The notes under the pieces are model-generated. The model saw nothing but the letters and a program-made list of their open reading frames with translations, made no database searches and was not told the DNA's origin. The position numbers and the translations under genes are program-made. A stretch of 64,000 bases of DNA from Bacteroidota bacterium (GTDB lineage: Bacteria > Bacteroidota > Bacteroidia > Chitinophagales > LD1). The stretch's first letter is position 1, and the number at the start of each line of letters is the position of its first letter. The DNA is taken from positions 4,533-68,532 of the forward strand of contig JAPLES010000005.1 in assembly GCA_026391075.1 (NCBI GenBank), written 5' to 3'. Below are positions 55,778 to 64,000 of this stretch, piece after piece.

Positions 55778-55861
55778 AGCACGCTAAAGTAAAATTGTAT
55801 TGTTTGCCTTTAGCCCCTTTTTGTTTCATCCCGCCTTACGCGGAAAGGGGGTTGGGGGTGG

Positions 55862-56890
55862 TTATTCTTCTAACGCGGGCTCCCGGTTAATTATTGCGAG
55901 AAGAATTAAGGAAATTACACCTGCTACCATTACCAAAGCAGTTTGCGCTGTCCATTGCACCAAACCGAAAGAAATAGCGGCACTTCCTACTACACCATAA
56001 AGTCCTAAAACAATTTGAATGAAGATGGGGTAAAGTCCTAGACCACCGGGAGTGAGTGAAAAAGATACTCCGCTAAAAAACAAACAAACACCCGCTGCCA
56101 TTAAACTCAAACCCGCAGTTTCGGGAAACATTTGAAAACCCACGTAACCCATTAACCAATACAAAGTCCAAATCATTATAGTGTGAAACAACAACAGAAA
56201 AGGATTTTTCACATCCTTGATTGAAATGATGCCCTTCATAAAACCACTTAGCTTTTCTTTCAAATCGGCCGCAATGTTTTCAAATCCTTTTGCACGTATC
56301 TGAGAACCGATAAAAATTATAAGACCTAAAGTAACTGCTATCAACACTCCGTACTTCACCATAGGATCAATTTGGTTCTTCTGAATAATTTCAGCAAAAG
56401 TTGTTTTAGAGTTCTGCGCTATTTGTTCATACAGCAAAAAGAATTTATCGTGCTCACCAATAATTAGTATGAGTACCACCACACCTAAACAAATCACATC
56501 TAACAATCGCTCGAGCACCATAGTGCCAATGGCTTTATCCAAAGGAATTTTTTCATAGCGCGCTAACACACCGCAACGGCTCACTTCGCCAAGGCGCGGA
56601 AAAAAGAGATTTAGAAAATACATAATCATCACACTCAAAAATGTGTTCCAAAATCCGGGATTGTAACCTAGAGAGCGAAGAAGTAATCTCCATCTTTCGC
56701 TTCTGAAATAATTACTTACTAAACCAATAATGGGTGGAAGTACTACCCAAAGGTAGTCGGCTCGTTTTATGTCATCGGCTACGTGTTGCTTATCACTCGG
56801 ACTCATTTGCCCAACAAACCAATAAACAAGAGCCACTCCTATTCCGAGCGAAACAACGAGTTTGATAATGTTGCCGAGATGCTTTTTCAT
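55862..56890 (-). CDS. Lysylphosphatidylglycerol-synthase-TM-region-like (flippase-like, UPF0104) membrane protein
   Basis: 342 aa with about 8 TM helices. The N-terminus KLVVSLGIGVALVYW.. and the motif region FFPRLGEVSRCGVL are as seen in this family. Confidence 0.6.
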   Translation of the reverse strand: MKKHLGNIIKLVVSLGIGVALVYWFVGQMSPSDKQHVADDIKRADYLWVVLPPIIGLVSNYFRSERWRLLLRSLGYNPGFWNTFLSVMIMYFLNLFFPRLGEVSRCGVLARYEKIPLDKAIGTMVLERLLDVICLGVVVLILIIGEHDKFFLLYEQIAQNSKTTFAEIIQKNQIDPMVKYGVLIAVTLGLIIFIGSQIRAKGFENIAADLKEKLSGFMKGIISIKDVKNPFLLLFHTIMIWTLYWLMGYVGFQMFPETAGLSLMAAGVCLFFSGVSFSLTPGGLGLYPIFIQIVLGLYGVVGSAAISFGLVQWTAQTALVMVAGVISLILLAIINREPALEE

Positions 56891-56920
56891 TTAGCGGTGA
56901 ATTCAATCACCTCGTTTTTC

Positions 56921-57271
56921 TTAATCAGTAATTTGATTGGAAGAATTTACGTGAACTGTAACTGGTTTATGAACTTTGTATTCATCCATACTCACCATGC
57001 AATACGAAATCACAATGATGATATCACCCACAGAAACTTTACGCGCTGCAGGACCATTCAAACAAATAGTTCCTGAGCCGCGTTCACCTTTTATAACGTA
57101 AGTTTCTAAACGTTCTCCGTTGTTCACGTTTACAATTTGCACGCGCTCATGCTCTACCAGATTTGCGGCTTCCATTAAGTTTTCGTCAACAGTAATACTG
57201 CCAATATAATTAAGGTCGGCCTGCGTTACAGTAACGCGGTGAAGTTTCGATTTGTAAACGGTTATAAACAT
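56921..57271 (-). CDS. panD: Aspartate 1-decarboxylase
   Basis: [23 protein letters not shown] contains the Gly-Ser self-processing site. Length 116 aa. Confidence 0.92.
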   Translation of the reverse strand: MFITVYKSKLHRVTVTQADLNYIGSITVDENLMEAANLVEHERVQIVNVNNGERLETYVIKGERGSGTICLNGPAARKVSVGDIIIVISYCMVSMDEYKVHKPVTVHVNSSNQITD

Positions 57272-57321
57272 AGCGGGCGAAAGTAAAATAATTTGAGAAT
57301 CAGAATCAGCGCAAAGAAATT

Positions 57322-59313
57322 TTAGTCTTTCATTTTAATCAGCAATGTATTTGCCTCTACAAAAGATTTCTCTGCCACAAAAACTTCTTCCACTTCACCA
57401 TCGGTGTGCGCTTCAATAGTGGTTTCCATTTTCATTGAACTCATTACGAGCAATCCTTTGCCGCTTTGAATTTTGTCTCCTGCTTTCACTAACACCTTCA
57501 CAATTTCTCCCGGCATTGGTGCTATGTAACCACCTTTCACAATTTCAGTTCCAGGTTCAACAAAACGCGGAGCTTCTTTCAATTTAAATGTTCCAGCCGA
57601 TGGATGCTGTATAAAAATGTCGCGATTATTTTGCGCAATAAAAAATGATTGACGATGATTTTCTATAGAGAAATTAACCTGGTTATTTCTAACACTCACC
57701 AACTCTACAGAATAGTTTTTGCTATTGTTCGAAACTTCAAACTGATTGTTTTGCTTGTAACGGTATTCCAGTTTTATTTTCTGCTCAGCAAATTCAATTT
57801 CAAAAATTTGTGCCGAGTAAAAAATATTTCTCCAGCCATTCAACAAATGCGAAGCTTTTTCGTTTTGCTTTCGCTTTGACCAATCAAACAAAAGTGCAGC
57901 AATAGCCATTTCGTTTATTTCGCTTTCAGTCGGAGTTTTTTTGTAAGAAGAGAAATCGCGCTCAATCAATTTGGTATCGAAACTTCCGTCTATAAAATTT
58001 TTATGTTGAAGAAGTTCCTTCTGAAAATCTTTGTTTGTAGTAACACCCAATACAGCATATTTATCTAAGCCCAACAACATTTTCTGAATGGCTTCTGTTC
58101 TGTCTTTACCCGTTGCAATTACTTTAGCCACCATCGAATCGTAATGAACAGGAATTTCAGAACCGGTTTGCATTCCGCTATCAAAGCGCAAACCTTTTAA
58201 GCAAGGCTCGCTGTAAAAAAGTATTTCCCCAGTAGCAGGAAAGAAATTATTCTCCGCGTCTTCTGCACAAATTCTGCACTCAATAGAATGTCCTTGCTGT
58301 TTAATTTCATCTTGCTTTACCGAAAGCGGTTTGCCTTGCGCCACGTCAATTTGCATACGAACCAAATCCAATCCCGTAGTTTCTTCAGTAACCGGATGTT
58401 CTACTTGCAAGCGGGTGTTTACTTCTAAAAAGAAAAATGATTTTTCTTCTGCGCTATACAAAAACTCAACCGTACCTGCTCCTGTATATTTTACGGCAAA
58501 AGCTAATTGCACTGCGGCTTTTCCCATTTGCACACGCAACTCATTGGTAAGCGAAGGCGATGGACTTTCTTCAATTACTTTTTGGTAACGCCTTTGCATG
58601 GAGCATTCGCGCTCAAACAAATGAACATAGTTGCCGTGTACATCACCAAAAATTTGAATCTCGATATGCTTTGCCTTCGGAAAATATTTTTCAATCAAAA
58701 CAGTACTGTCACCAAAACTTTTTTCGGCTTCGCGTTTTGCAGCATCAATTGCCGCTTCGCTTTCTGCAGCAGAATTTACAATGCGCATTCCTTTTCCACC
58801 GCCACCAGCACTGGCTTTTATCAAAACAGGGAAACCGATTTTCTCTGCTTCTTTTTTTAATGTGGCAGTACTTTGGTCTTTACCATTATAACCGGGCACG
58901 GTTGGAACTTTCGCTTTTATCGCAATTTCTTTCGCACCAATTTTTGAACCCAATTGTGTAATTACATCAGCCGAAGGACCAATGAAAATAATTCCTTCAT
59001 CGGCAAAGCGTTTTGAAAACGTTGCGTTCTCTGAAAGAAAACCGTAGCCCGGGTGAATAGCATTTGCACCGGTTTGTTTAGCCGCAGCAATAATTTTATC
59101 CTGTACCAAATAACTTTCACCGGCTGCATTTCCTCCAATACAAATAGCCTCATCGGCTCGTTTTACAAACAGTGCATTTTTATCTGCATCGGAAAAAACA
59201 GCTACTGTTTTTATTCCCATTTCCGCTGCTGTGCGAAAAACACGAATAGCAATTTCGCCTCGGTTGGCAACTAATATTTTTTTGATTGTTTGCATTTGTC
59301 TATTGTCTAACAT
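57322..59313 (-). CDS. Acyl-CoA carboxylase alpha subunit (biotin carboxylase plus biotin carboxyl carrier domain; methylcrotonyl-CoA-carboxylase-like)
   Basis: [17 protein letters not shown]-grasp [26 protein letters not shown], and the C-terminal biotinylation motif [14 protein letters not shown]. The start could be the second ATG at 59295. Confidence 0.88.
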   Translation of the reverse strand: MLDNRQMQTIKKILVANRGEIAIRVFRTAAEMGIKTVAVFSDADKNALFVKRADEAICIGGNAAGESYLVQDKIIAAAKQTGANAIHPGYGFLSENATFSKRFADEGIIFIGPSADVITQLGSKIGAKEIAIKAKVPTVPGYNGKDQSTATLKKEAEKIGFPVLIKASAGGGGKGMRIVNSAAESEAAIDAAKREAEKSFGDSTVLIEKYFPKAKHIEIQIFGDVHGNYVHLFERECSMQRRYQKVIEESPSPSLTNELRVQMGKAAVQLAFAVKYTGAGTVEFLYSAEEKSFFFLEVNTRLQVEHPVTEETTGLDLVRMQIDVAQGKPLSVKQDEIKQQGHSIECRICAEDAENNFFPATGEILFYSEPCLKGLRFDSGMQTGSEIPVHYDSMVAKVIATGKDRTEAIQKMLLGLDKYAVLGVTTNKDFQKELLQHKNFIDGSFDTKLIERDFSSYKKTPTESEINEMAIAALLFDWSKRKQNEKASHLLNGWRNIFYSAQIFEIEFAEQKIKLEYRYKQNNQFEVSNNSKNYSVELVSVRNNQVNFSIENHRQSFFIAQNNRDIFIQHPSAGTFKLKEAPRFVEPGTEIVKGGYIAPMPGEIVKVLVKAGDKIQSGKGLLVMSSMKMETTIEAHTDGEVEEVFVAEKSFVEANTLLIKMKD

Positions 59314-59336
59314 CTAATATCTGCTTCTTACATCCT
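59295..59336. repeat. Heptad array, GTCT/ATCT flavour (6 units), spanning the junction of the two carboxylase genes
   Basis: The + strand reads TTTGTCT ATTGTCT AACATCT AATATCT GCTTCTT ACATCCT. It covers the alpha-subunit start (59311-59313), the 14-nt spacer and the beta-subunit stop (59328-59330). Confidence 0.8.
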
Positions 59337-60926
59337 AAAAACTCCAAAGCCTTCGGCACCTTTAAATTCTGTTTGATGAATCACATCTAAACATAACTTC
59401 AAATAATTTCTGGTTTCGCGTGGGTCAATCACTCCATCATCCCAAAGTTGTCCGCTGGCATACCAAGCGTTGCTTTGTTTTTCAGCTTCTTTAACCATGT
59501 ACTCGGACATTGCTTTTCCTTGTTCTTCATCATATTGAATTCCCGATTTTTCTGCTGCCTGTCTGCCTATGGTTTGCATTACTCCTGCTAATTGGTCGGG
59601 ACCCATGACTGCAATTTTTGAATGAGGATAGCTGAAAAGAAATCTAGGTTTATAAGCGCGACCACACATGGCGTAATTGCCCGCGCCATAACTTGCTCCT
59701 GTAATAATGGTGATGGCAGGAACCGTAGAATTGCTCACCGCGTTAATCAATTTTGCTCCGTGCTTTATAATTCCTTCTTCTTCATATTTTTTTCCAACCA
59801 TAAAGCCGGTGATGTTTTGAAGAAATAAAAGCGGTGTATTATTTTGATTGCAAAGCTGAATGAAGTGTGCGCCTTTGTTTGCCGCTTCTGAAAACAAAAC
59901 TCCATTGTTGGCTATGATGCCTATTTGATGGCCATTAATTTTTGCATAACCCGTTACCAAGGTACTTCCATATGCAGGTTTAAATTCAGAGAAATCACTT
60001 CCATCAACTATTCGCGCAATTAATTCGCGCTGGTCGAAAGGAATGCGCACATCGGCAGAAACGACACCTAAGATTTCATCGTTGTCGTATTTTGGTTCTT
60101 GTATTTCTATCGTCTCTTGTCTATCGCCTATCGTTTGTTTTAAATTCGAAACAATTTCTCTTGCCAATCTTATTCCATCCATCTCATCTTCGGCCATGTA
60201 ATCAGAAACTCCCGAAACGGTGCTGTGCATTTTTGCTCCTCCCAAACTTTCTTCATCGGTAACTTCGTTGGTTGCCATTTTTACGAGTGGCGGACCGGCA
60301 AGAAAAACCTTGGCTTCGTTCTTCACCATGATGACGTAATCGCTCATACCAGGTATGTATGCACCACCAGCAGTGCTGCTTCCGAATACAATAGAGATGG
60401 TAGGAATTCCCAATTTGCTTCGTTGCGTAATGCCTCTGAAATTTGCTCCACCGTAATTAAAAATCTTTGCTTGTTCAGGTAGATTTGCTCCGGCACTTTC
60501 TACCATGTTTATCATGGGCAACTTATTTTCGGTGGCTATTTCGCCAATGCGCAAACCCTTTTGCAGGGTAGCATAATCAATAGCTCCGCCTTTAATCGTT
60601 CCCACGTTTGAATTGATCATGCACATTCTACCGCTTACAAAACCCATTCCTGCAACCACCGTTCCACCAGTGCCAAAACCATCGCCTCCCCATCCTGCAA
60701 AAGGACAAAGCTCCATGAAAGGAGAATCTACATCGAGGAGCATTTCAATTCTTTCGCGAGCTAAAAGGCGACCTGCTTTTTTAGTGCGCGCCAGATATTT
60801 TTCTTCGCCTTGAAAGAGTGCTTCTTTTTGTTTGGCTTCGAGCTCAACTATTTTCTCCTTCATCAAGGCTAAGTTGCGCTGATAGCTTTCGGAGTTGCGG
60901 TTTATTTTTGATTGAAATACTGACAT
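59328..60926 (-). CDS. Acyl-CoA carboxylase beta subunit (carboxyltransferase; methylcrotonyl-CoA-carboxylase-like)
   Basis: Two crotonase-like carboxyltransferase halves. Motifs include GRMCMINSNVGTIKGG, FGSSTAGGAYIPGMSD, NNGVLFSEAANKGAHFIQLC and GASYGAGNYAMCGRAY. Length 532 aa. Confidence 0.88.
   Translation of the reverse strand: MSVFQSKINRNSESYQRNLALMKEKIVELEAKQKEALFQGEEKYLARTKKAGRLLARERIEMLLDVDSPFMELCPFAGWGGDGFGTGGTVVAGMGFVSGRMCMINSNVGTIKGGAIDYATLQKGLRIGEIATENKLPMINMVESAGANLPEQAKIFNYGGANFRGITQRSKLGIPTISIVFGSSTAGGAYIPGMSDYVIMVKNEAKVFLAGPPLVKMATNEVTDEESLGGAKMHSTVSGVSDYMAEDEMDGIRLAREIVSNLKQTIGDRQETIEIQEPKYDNDEILGVVSADVRIPFDQRELIARIVDGSDFSEFKPAYGSTLVTGYAKINGHQIGIIANNGVLFSEAANKGAHFIQLCNQNNTPLLFLQNITGFMVGKKYEEEGIIKHGAKLINAVSNSTVPAITIITGASYGAGNYAMCGRAYKPRFLFSYPHSKIAVMGPDQLAGVMQTIGRQAAEKSGIQYDEEQGKAMSEYMVKEAEKQSNAWYASGQLWDDGVIDPRETRNYLKLCLDVIHQTEFKGAEGFGVFRM
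60102..60136. repeat. Heptad array, GTCT flavour (5 units), inside the inter-domain linker codons of the carboxyltransferase gene
   Basis: The + strand reads TATTTCT ATCGTCT CTTGTCT ATCGCCT ATCGTTT, which encodes KQTIGDRQETIEIQ on the minus strand. Confidence 0.7.
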
Positions 60927-60973
60927 ACGGATTTGTGTGAAATTTCTTCGGTCAAATAAAGCGGATTTTTAAG

Positions 60974-61029
60974 AATAGTGAACTCTTACTTAACAAGGAC
61001 GAGGGACGAGAGCGAGAGACGAGGGGGAT
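60974..61029. repeat. Heptad array: one TAGTG unit followed by GACGAGR units (the purine-rich arm)
   Basis: In 7-nt phase the + strand reads AATAGTG AACTCTT ACTTAAC AAGGACG AGGGACG AGAGCGA GAGACGA GGGGGAT. Confidence 0.75.
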
Positions 61030-61059
61030 GCAAATACAGGTTTTGCCTTTCTGTTTTAA

Positions 61060-61090
61060 CTCTTGTCCTTCGACCCTCGCCCTCGCCCCT
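61060..61090. repeat. Pyrimidine-rich heptad arm, the approximate inverted partner of 60995-61027
   Basis: The + strand reads CTCTTGTCCTTCGACCCTCGCCCTCGCCCCT. Its reverse complement is AGGGGCGAGGGCGAGGGTCGAAGGACAAGAG, compared with the left arm AAGGACGAGGGACGAGAGCGAGAGACGAGGGGG. Confidence 0.7.
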
Positions 61091-61133
61091 TTATTTCAGA
61101 AAAAGAAACATCTTTCGCCCATAAAGAATAAAA

Positions 61134-61727
61134 ATGATTTTCATAGCATTCCTACTCGGCTTTATCGGTTACTTACCCGTGGGCAATATCAATCTTACCG
61201 TGGTGCAACTTTCAGTGAACGATAAGCACCAGCGCGTATGGCTATTTATTTTGTTTGCCGCTTTTATGGAGTTTCTCTATTGTTTTTTCTGCTTGCGCGG
61301 CTTGGAGCGTTTGCTACGCGAGCCAGCTTTAATTCTTGTTTTGGATTGGGCGGGAGTTGCTATTTTTCTTGCACTCGGCATTTTTAGCATTTTCCAAAAA
61401 GTGAATACAAATGCCGATCAGCAATTTTCTTCGGGTATAAAACGAGGAGTGCTGATTGCCATTTTCAATCCATTGCAAATTCCGTTTTGGTTAGTTTGGG
61501 GAATATATGTGATGGACAAAGGTTGGGTGCAAAAGGAAATTTTCTCTATGGCGGTTTTCAGTTTGCTATGTAGTATAGGCACAATTGCCGTGCTTTGGTT
61601 GTATGCATATACAGGAAAAAAATTGGTGGCGCGCTTAAATCTGAACGCGGTTTTACTTAATCGCATGATTGGCGGCTTGCTGATTATGCTGGCATTTCTT
61701 CAAACAGCGAAGTTGTTGTTTGGTTAA
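61134..61727 (+). CDS. LysE/RhtB-type small-molecule exporter family membrane protein
   Basis: 197 aa with 5-6 TM helices. The N-terminus FLLGFIGYLPVGNINLTVVQ and overall topology fit the LysE-type translocator family. This is a family-level call only. Confidence 0.55.
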   Translation: MIFIAFLLGFIGYLPVGNINLTVVQLSVNDKHQRVWLFILFAAFMEFLYCFFCLRGLERLLREPALILVLDWAGVAIFLALGIFSIFQKVNTNADQQFSSGIKRGVLIAIFNPLQIPFWLVWGIYVMDKGWVQKEIFSMAVFSLLCSIGTIAVLWLYAYTGKKLVARLNLNAVLLNRMIGGLLIMLAFLQTAKLLFG

Positions 61728-61763
61728 GGATAATATCCTCTCACAATTTTTATTTTCGCCCTT

Positions 61764-62795
61764 ATGCAGGAAATTTTTGATAAAGCGAATTCGGTATTGG
61801 AAGAAATTAAAACGACTGTGGCGGAAAATGCCGAGCAGGCTGAGCAGTTTCGCATTAAATATCTCGGCACCAAAGGAATTCTAAAAGACCTTTTTGGGGC
61901 TATGGCTCAACTGCCCGGTGAACACAAAAAAGAATACGGTCAGTTGATGAATACGCTCAAGGCAAGTGCCGAAGCGAAACTCGAAGAACTGAAATTGAAT
62001 TTCGATTCCGGTAAATCTTCATCGAAAGAAATTCCTGATTTAACTGCACCGGGTTATGATATTCCTTTGGGCTCGCGACATCCACTGAGCATTGTTCGCA
62101 ATAAAATCATCAGCATTTTTTCGCGCATTGGTTTTGTAGTTGCTGAAGGACCCGAGATTGAAGACGACTGGCACAACTTTACTGCACTCAACACACCGCA
62201 GGACCATCCCGCGCGCGATATGCAGGATACTTTCTTTTTGACCGAGAATAAAAATCTTATGCTGCGCACACACACTTCATCGGTGCAAATTCGCAAAATG
62301 GAAAGTGAAAAACCACCACTTCGGTACATTTTTCCGGGACGTGTTTACCGCAACGAAACTATTTCAGCACGCGCGCATTGCACCTTTCATCAGGTAGAGG
62401 GATTGTATATTGATGAGCACGTTTCGTTTGCCGATTTGAAACAAACCATGTATTATTTTGCGCAGGAAATGTTTGGCAAAAATGTGGAGACGCGTTTCCG
62501 TCCTTCTTTTTTTCCTTTCACCGAGCCTAGTGCCGAAATGGATATTTCCTGTTTTGTATGCGGTGGCAAGGGTTGCCCGGTTTGCAAACATTCGGGTTGG
62601 GTTGAAATTGGTGGCTGTGGAATGGTGGATCCTTCGGTGCTCGAAAACTGCAAGCTCGATCCTAAAAAATATTCCGGATTCGCCTTCGGCATGGGCATTG
62701 AAAGAATAACCATGCTCAAATATCAAATCAACGACCTTCGCCTTTTCTTCGAAAATGATATTAGATTTTTGAAACAGTTTAGTGCGGCTGATTAA
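61764..62795 (+). CDS. pheS: Phenylalanine--tRNA ligase alpha subunit
   Basis: HPARDMQDTFF, LRTHTSSVQIR, FRPSFFPFTEPSAEMD, and GFAFGMGIERITML. Length 343 aa. Confidence 0.93.
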   Translation: MQEIFDKANSVLEEIKTTVAENAEQAEQFRIKYLGTKGILKDLFGAMAQLPGEHKKEYGQLMNTLKASAEAKLEELKLNFDSGKSSSKEIPDLTAPGYDIPLGSRHPLSIVRNKIISIFSRIGFVVAEGPEIEDDWHNFTALNTPQDHPARDMQDTFFLTENKNLMLRTHTSSVQIRKMESEKPPLRYIFPGRVYRNETISARAHCTFHQVEGLYIDEHVSFADLKQTMYYFAQEMFGKNVETRFRPSFFPFTEPSAEMDISCFVCGGKGCPVCKHSGWVEIGGCGMVDPSVLENCKLDPKKYSGFAFGMGIERITMLKYQINDLRLFFENDIRFLKQFSAAD

Positions 62796-62807
62796 TTTTT
62801 TGTGCGA

Positions 62808-64000
62808 TTACAATCCCGCATCTACCTTTTTCTTTGTAGCGCGCTCGCGGTAAGAACCACCTGTATTGGCTAGTTCATCCAAGAATTTTTTGGCTTCCTC
62901 CTTCTTTCCTTTTTGCAAAAGAATATTTGCCTTATACCATTTGCTGCCCTCTACAAACTTGGTTCCTTCTTTCAACAATTTGTCAAAATTCTTTTCACTC
63001 TTCTTGCTATTTCCATTTATGTAATCACTTATACCGCCAAAATAAAGCGCATCGGCACTCTTGGGTGTTTCGCGCAAAATTTCATCAAACTGTTGCGATG
63101 ATTTTTTGTAATCGCCACTATTGAAACTTCGCATGGCATCATCAATACTCACCACACTTGCTTTATCAAGTTCTTCGGTTTCTACAATACTTCCGCGCAC
63201 AACTTTTTGTGTGGTTGGCGCTTTGTCATCGTTTTGCTTTAATGCGTTTTGGTCTTTAGCATAACCATTTTTTTCAGCAGCTTTCTTTTCGCTTTTAGCG
63301 GCTACTTGTTTGCGTACGTTTCTTTCATCTTGTTCTAATTCTTCTTTCGCCTTTCCTTTTATGTTGAGTACCACACCAGCCGAAACAGCGGCAGGAGCAG
63401 CAGCATTATTAGTTGTTGCGGTTAATGTGGAATTAGTAACCGTAATAGTTTGAGCAACCTTGCCAGCACTCCCGGAACTGCCTAGAATTCCCTGTGTTGA
63501 TTTAGTAAGCGTAACGGGCTCATCTTTTTTTCGCAACGCTTGTTGTTCTGTTCCGTTTATATCTGGTAGTGGTTTGGTTACAGTGTTTCCCGTTGGAGCA
63601 ACTGCACTGCTTACATTAGTTGCAGGCAAAGTACTAGTAGCTGTAGAATCAGCCACGGCTTCTTGTTTTGCAGAAATTAAATTCTGTTGTTCTACTTTTT
63701 GTTCGAGCAAACTTTGTTCCGTTTGCTTTTCGGTTTGCATGGCTATCTGCTCTTTGTTGTTGCCTACATAAGTTATAAGTAGAAAACCAATACTGAGTAA
63801 CAAACCCACCAAGCCAGCTGCATAAGCAAACACTCTTGGTTGAATCTGAAACCCCGCTTTCTCTTTAAGCCCGCTGCGCTCTCTTACTTTTTTGTTGAGA
63901 CTCGCCACAGAAGCTATCACCGCAATTTTGTGATGCGTGCTTTGCAATCCTTCGAGGGCTTCCTGTGCAAACGGGTCGTCCTTCAAAAGTGCTTCAAACT
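62808..64000 (-). CDS. TPR-repeat membrane-anchored protein (5' end probably outside the window)
   Basis: The frame stays open upstream of the listed TTG at 63986 (..FEALLKDDPFAQEALEGLQ). It has one TM segment (FAYAAGLVGLLLSIGFLLITYV), a low-complexity Thr/Ala/Lys-rich linker, and C-terminal TPR-like helices (ADALYFGGISDYINGN.., WYKANILLQKGKKEEAKKFL). Confidence 0.6.
   Translation of the reverse strand, partial: FEALLKDDPFAQEALEGLQSTHHKIAVIASVASLNKKVRERSGLKEKAGFQIQPRVFAYAAGLVGLLLSIGFLLITYVGNNKEQIAMQTEKQTEQSLLEQKVEQQNLISAKQEAVADSTATSTLPATNVSSAVAPTGNTVTKPLPDINGTEQQALRKKDEPVTLTKSTQGILGSSGSAGKVAQTITVTNSTLTATTNNAAAPAAVSAGVVLNIKGKAKEELEQDERNVRKQVAAKSEKKAAEKNGYAKDQNALKQNDDKAPTTQKVVRGSIVETEELDKASVVSIDDAMRSFNSGDYKKSSQQFDEILRETPKSADALYFGGISDYINGNSKKSEKNFDKLLKEGTKFVEGSKWYKANILLQKGKKEEAKKFLDELANTGGSYRERATKKKVDAGL

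Noticed and set aside
55811-55860. GC-rich hairpin CCCCTTT..CCGCCTTACGCGG..AAAGGGGGTTGGGGGTGG and the overlapping 66-aa ORF 55800-56000
   Set aside because: The ORF is mostly antisense to the membrane-protein gene and has odd composition. The hairpin may be that gene's terminator but lacks a T-run. The evidence is too weak to call either.
14156-61090. Whether the short tandem arrays could be CRISPR-like
   Set aside because: The units are 7 nt with no unique spacers, the arrays are at most about 42 nt, and no cas genes are present. They are microsatellite-like heptads, not CRISPR.
1-64000. Search for tRNA, rRNA, tmRNA, riboswitch-sized leaders, transposases, integrases and defence-system genes
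   Set aside because: No intergenic region longer than about 100 nt shows a cloverleaf-like or rRNA-like sequence. The largest gaps (19835-20217, 54116-54373, 60927-61133) are accounted for by terminators, repeats or promoter regions. No ORF shows DDE, tyrosine-recombinase or reverse-transcriptase motifs.

Overview
This 64-kb chromosomal segment reads as Bacteroidota. Supporting signs: two proteins carry T9SS-type C-terminal sorting domains, there is a batD-batE pair, SprB-type repeats, a short 289-aa RpoD, and a TTTG/TAnnTTTG-type promoter ahead of prs. About 50 tightly packed protein genes are present. Most are housekeeping: recQ, scpA, mscL, lptB, prs-rplY-pth, purQ, serS, rpoD, panD, pheS, dsbD, a fused alpha/beta 2-oxoacid dehydrogenase E1, and a methylcrotonyl-CoA-carboxylase-like gene pair. 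These are interspersed with envelope and secreted proteins. I found no rRNA, tRNA, CRISPR array, transposase, integrase or recognisable defence genes. The left 5.7 kb is one open minus-strand frame, a giant T9SS adhesin. It is missing from the supplied ORF track because its stop lies outside the window. The most unusual signal is not a gene. It is a dispersed family of at least 11 heptanucleotide-periodic repeat arrays in AGAC-N3, TAGTRAA and GACGAGR flavours, which sit mainly at translation starts. Two pairs form long inverted repeats that bracket start codons (batE and a 1168-aa outer-membrane protein gene). The same repeat DNA encodes the shared signal-peptide core LSIV[YL]CL[ST]S in three unrelated secreted proteins. 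Other notable items:
- a cutinase/PETase-like hydrolase with PKD-like repeats and a T9SS tail;
- a sensor kinase split by a frameshift at an A9 tract;
- a G8 tract early in the adhesin gene;
- a collagen-like/glycine-rich surface protein;
- a MITE-like palindrome between convergent genes;
- an Omp85-type/beta-propeller giant protein whose stop lies 2 nt before the lptB ATG.
All protein calls rest on motif reading of the translations; no database search was possible.
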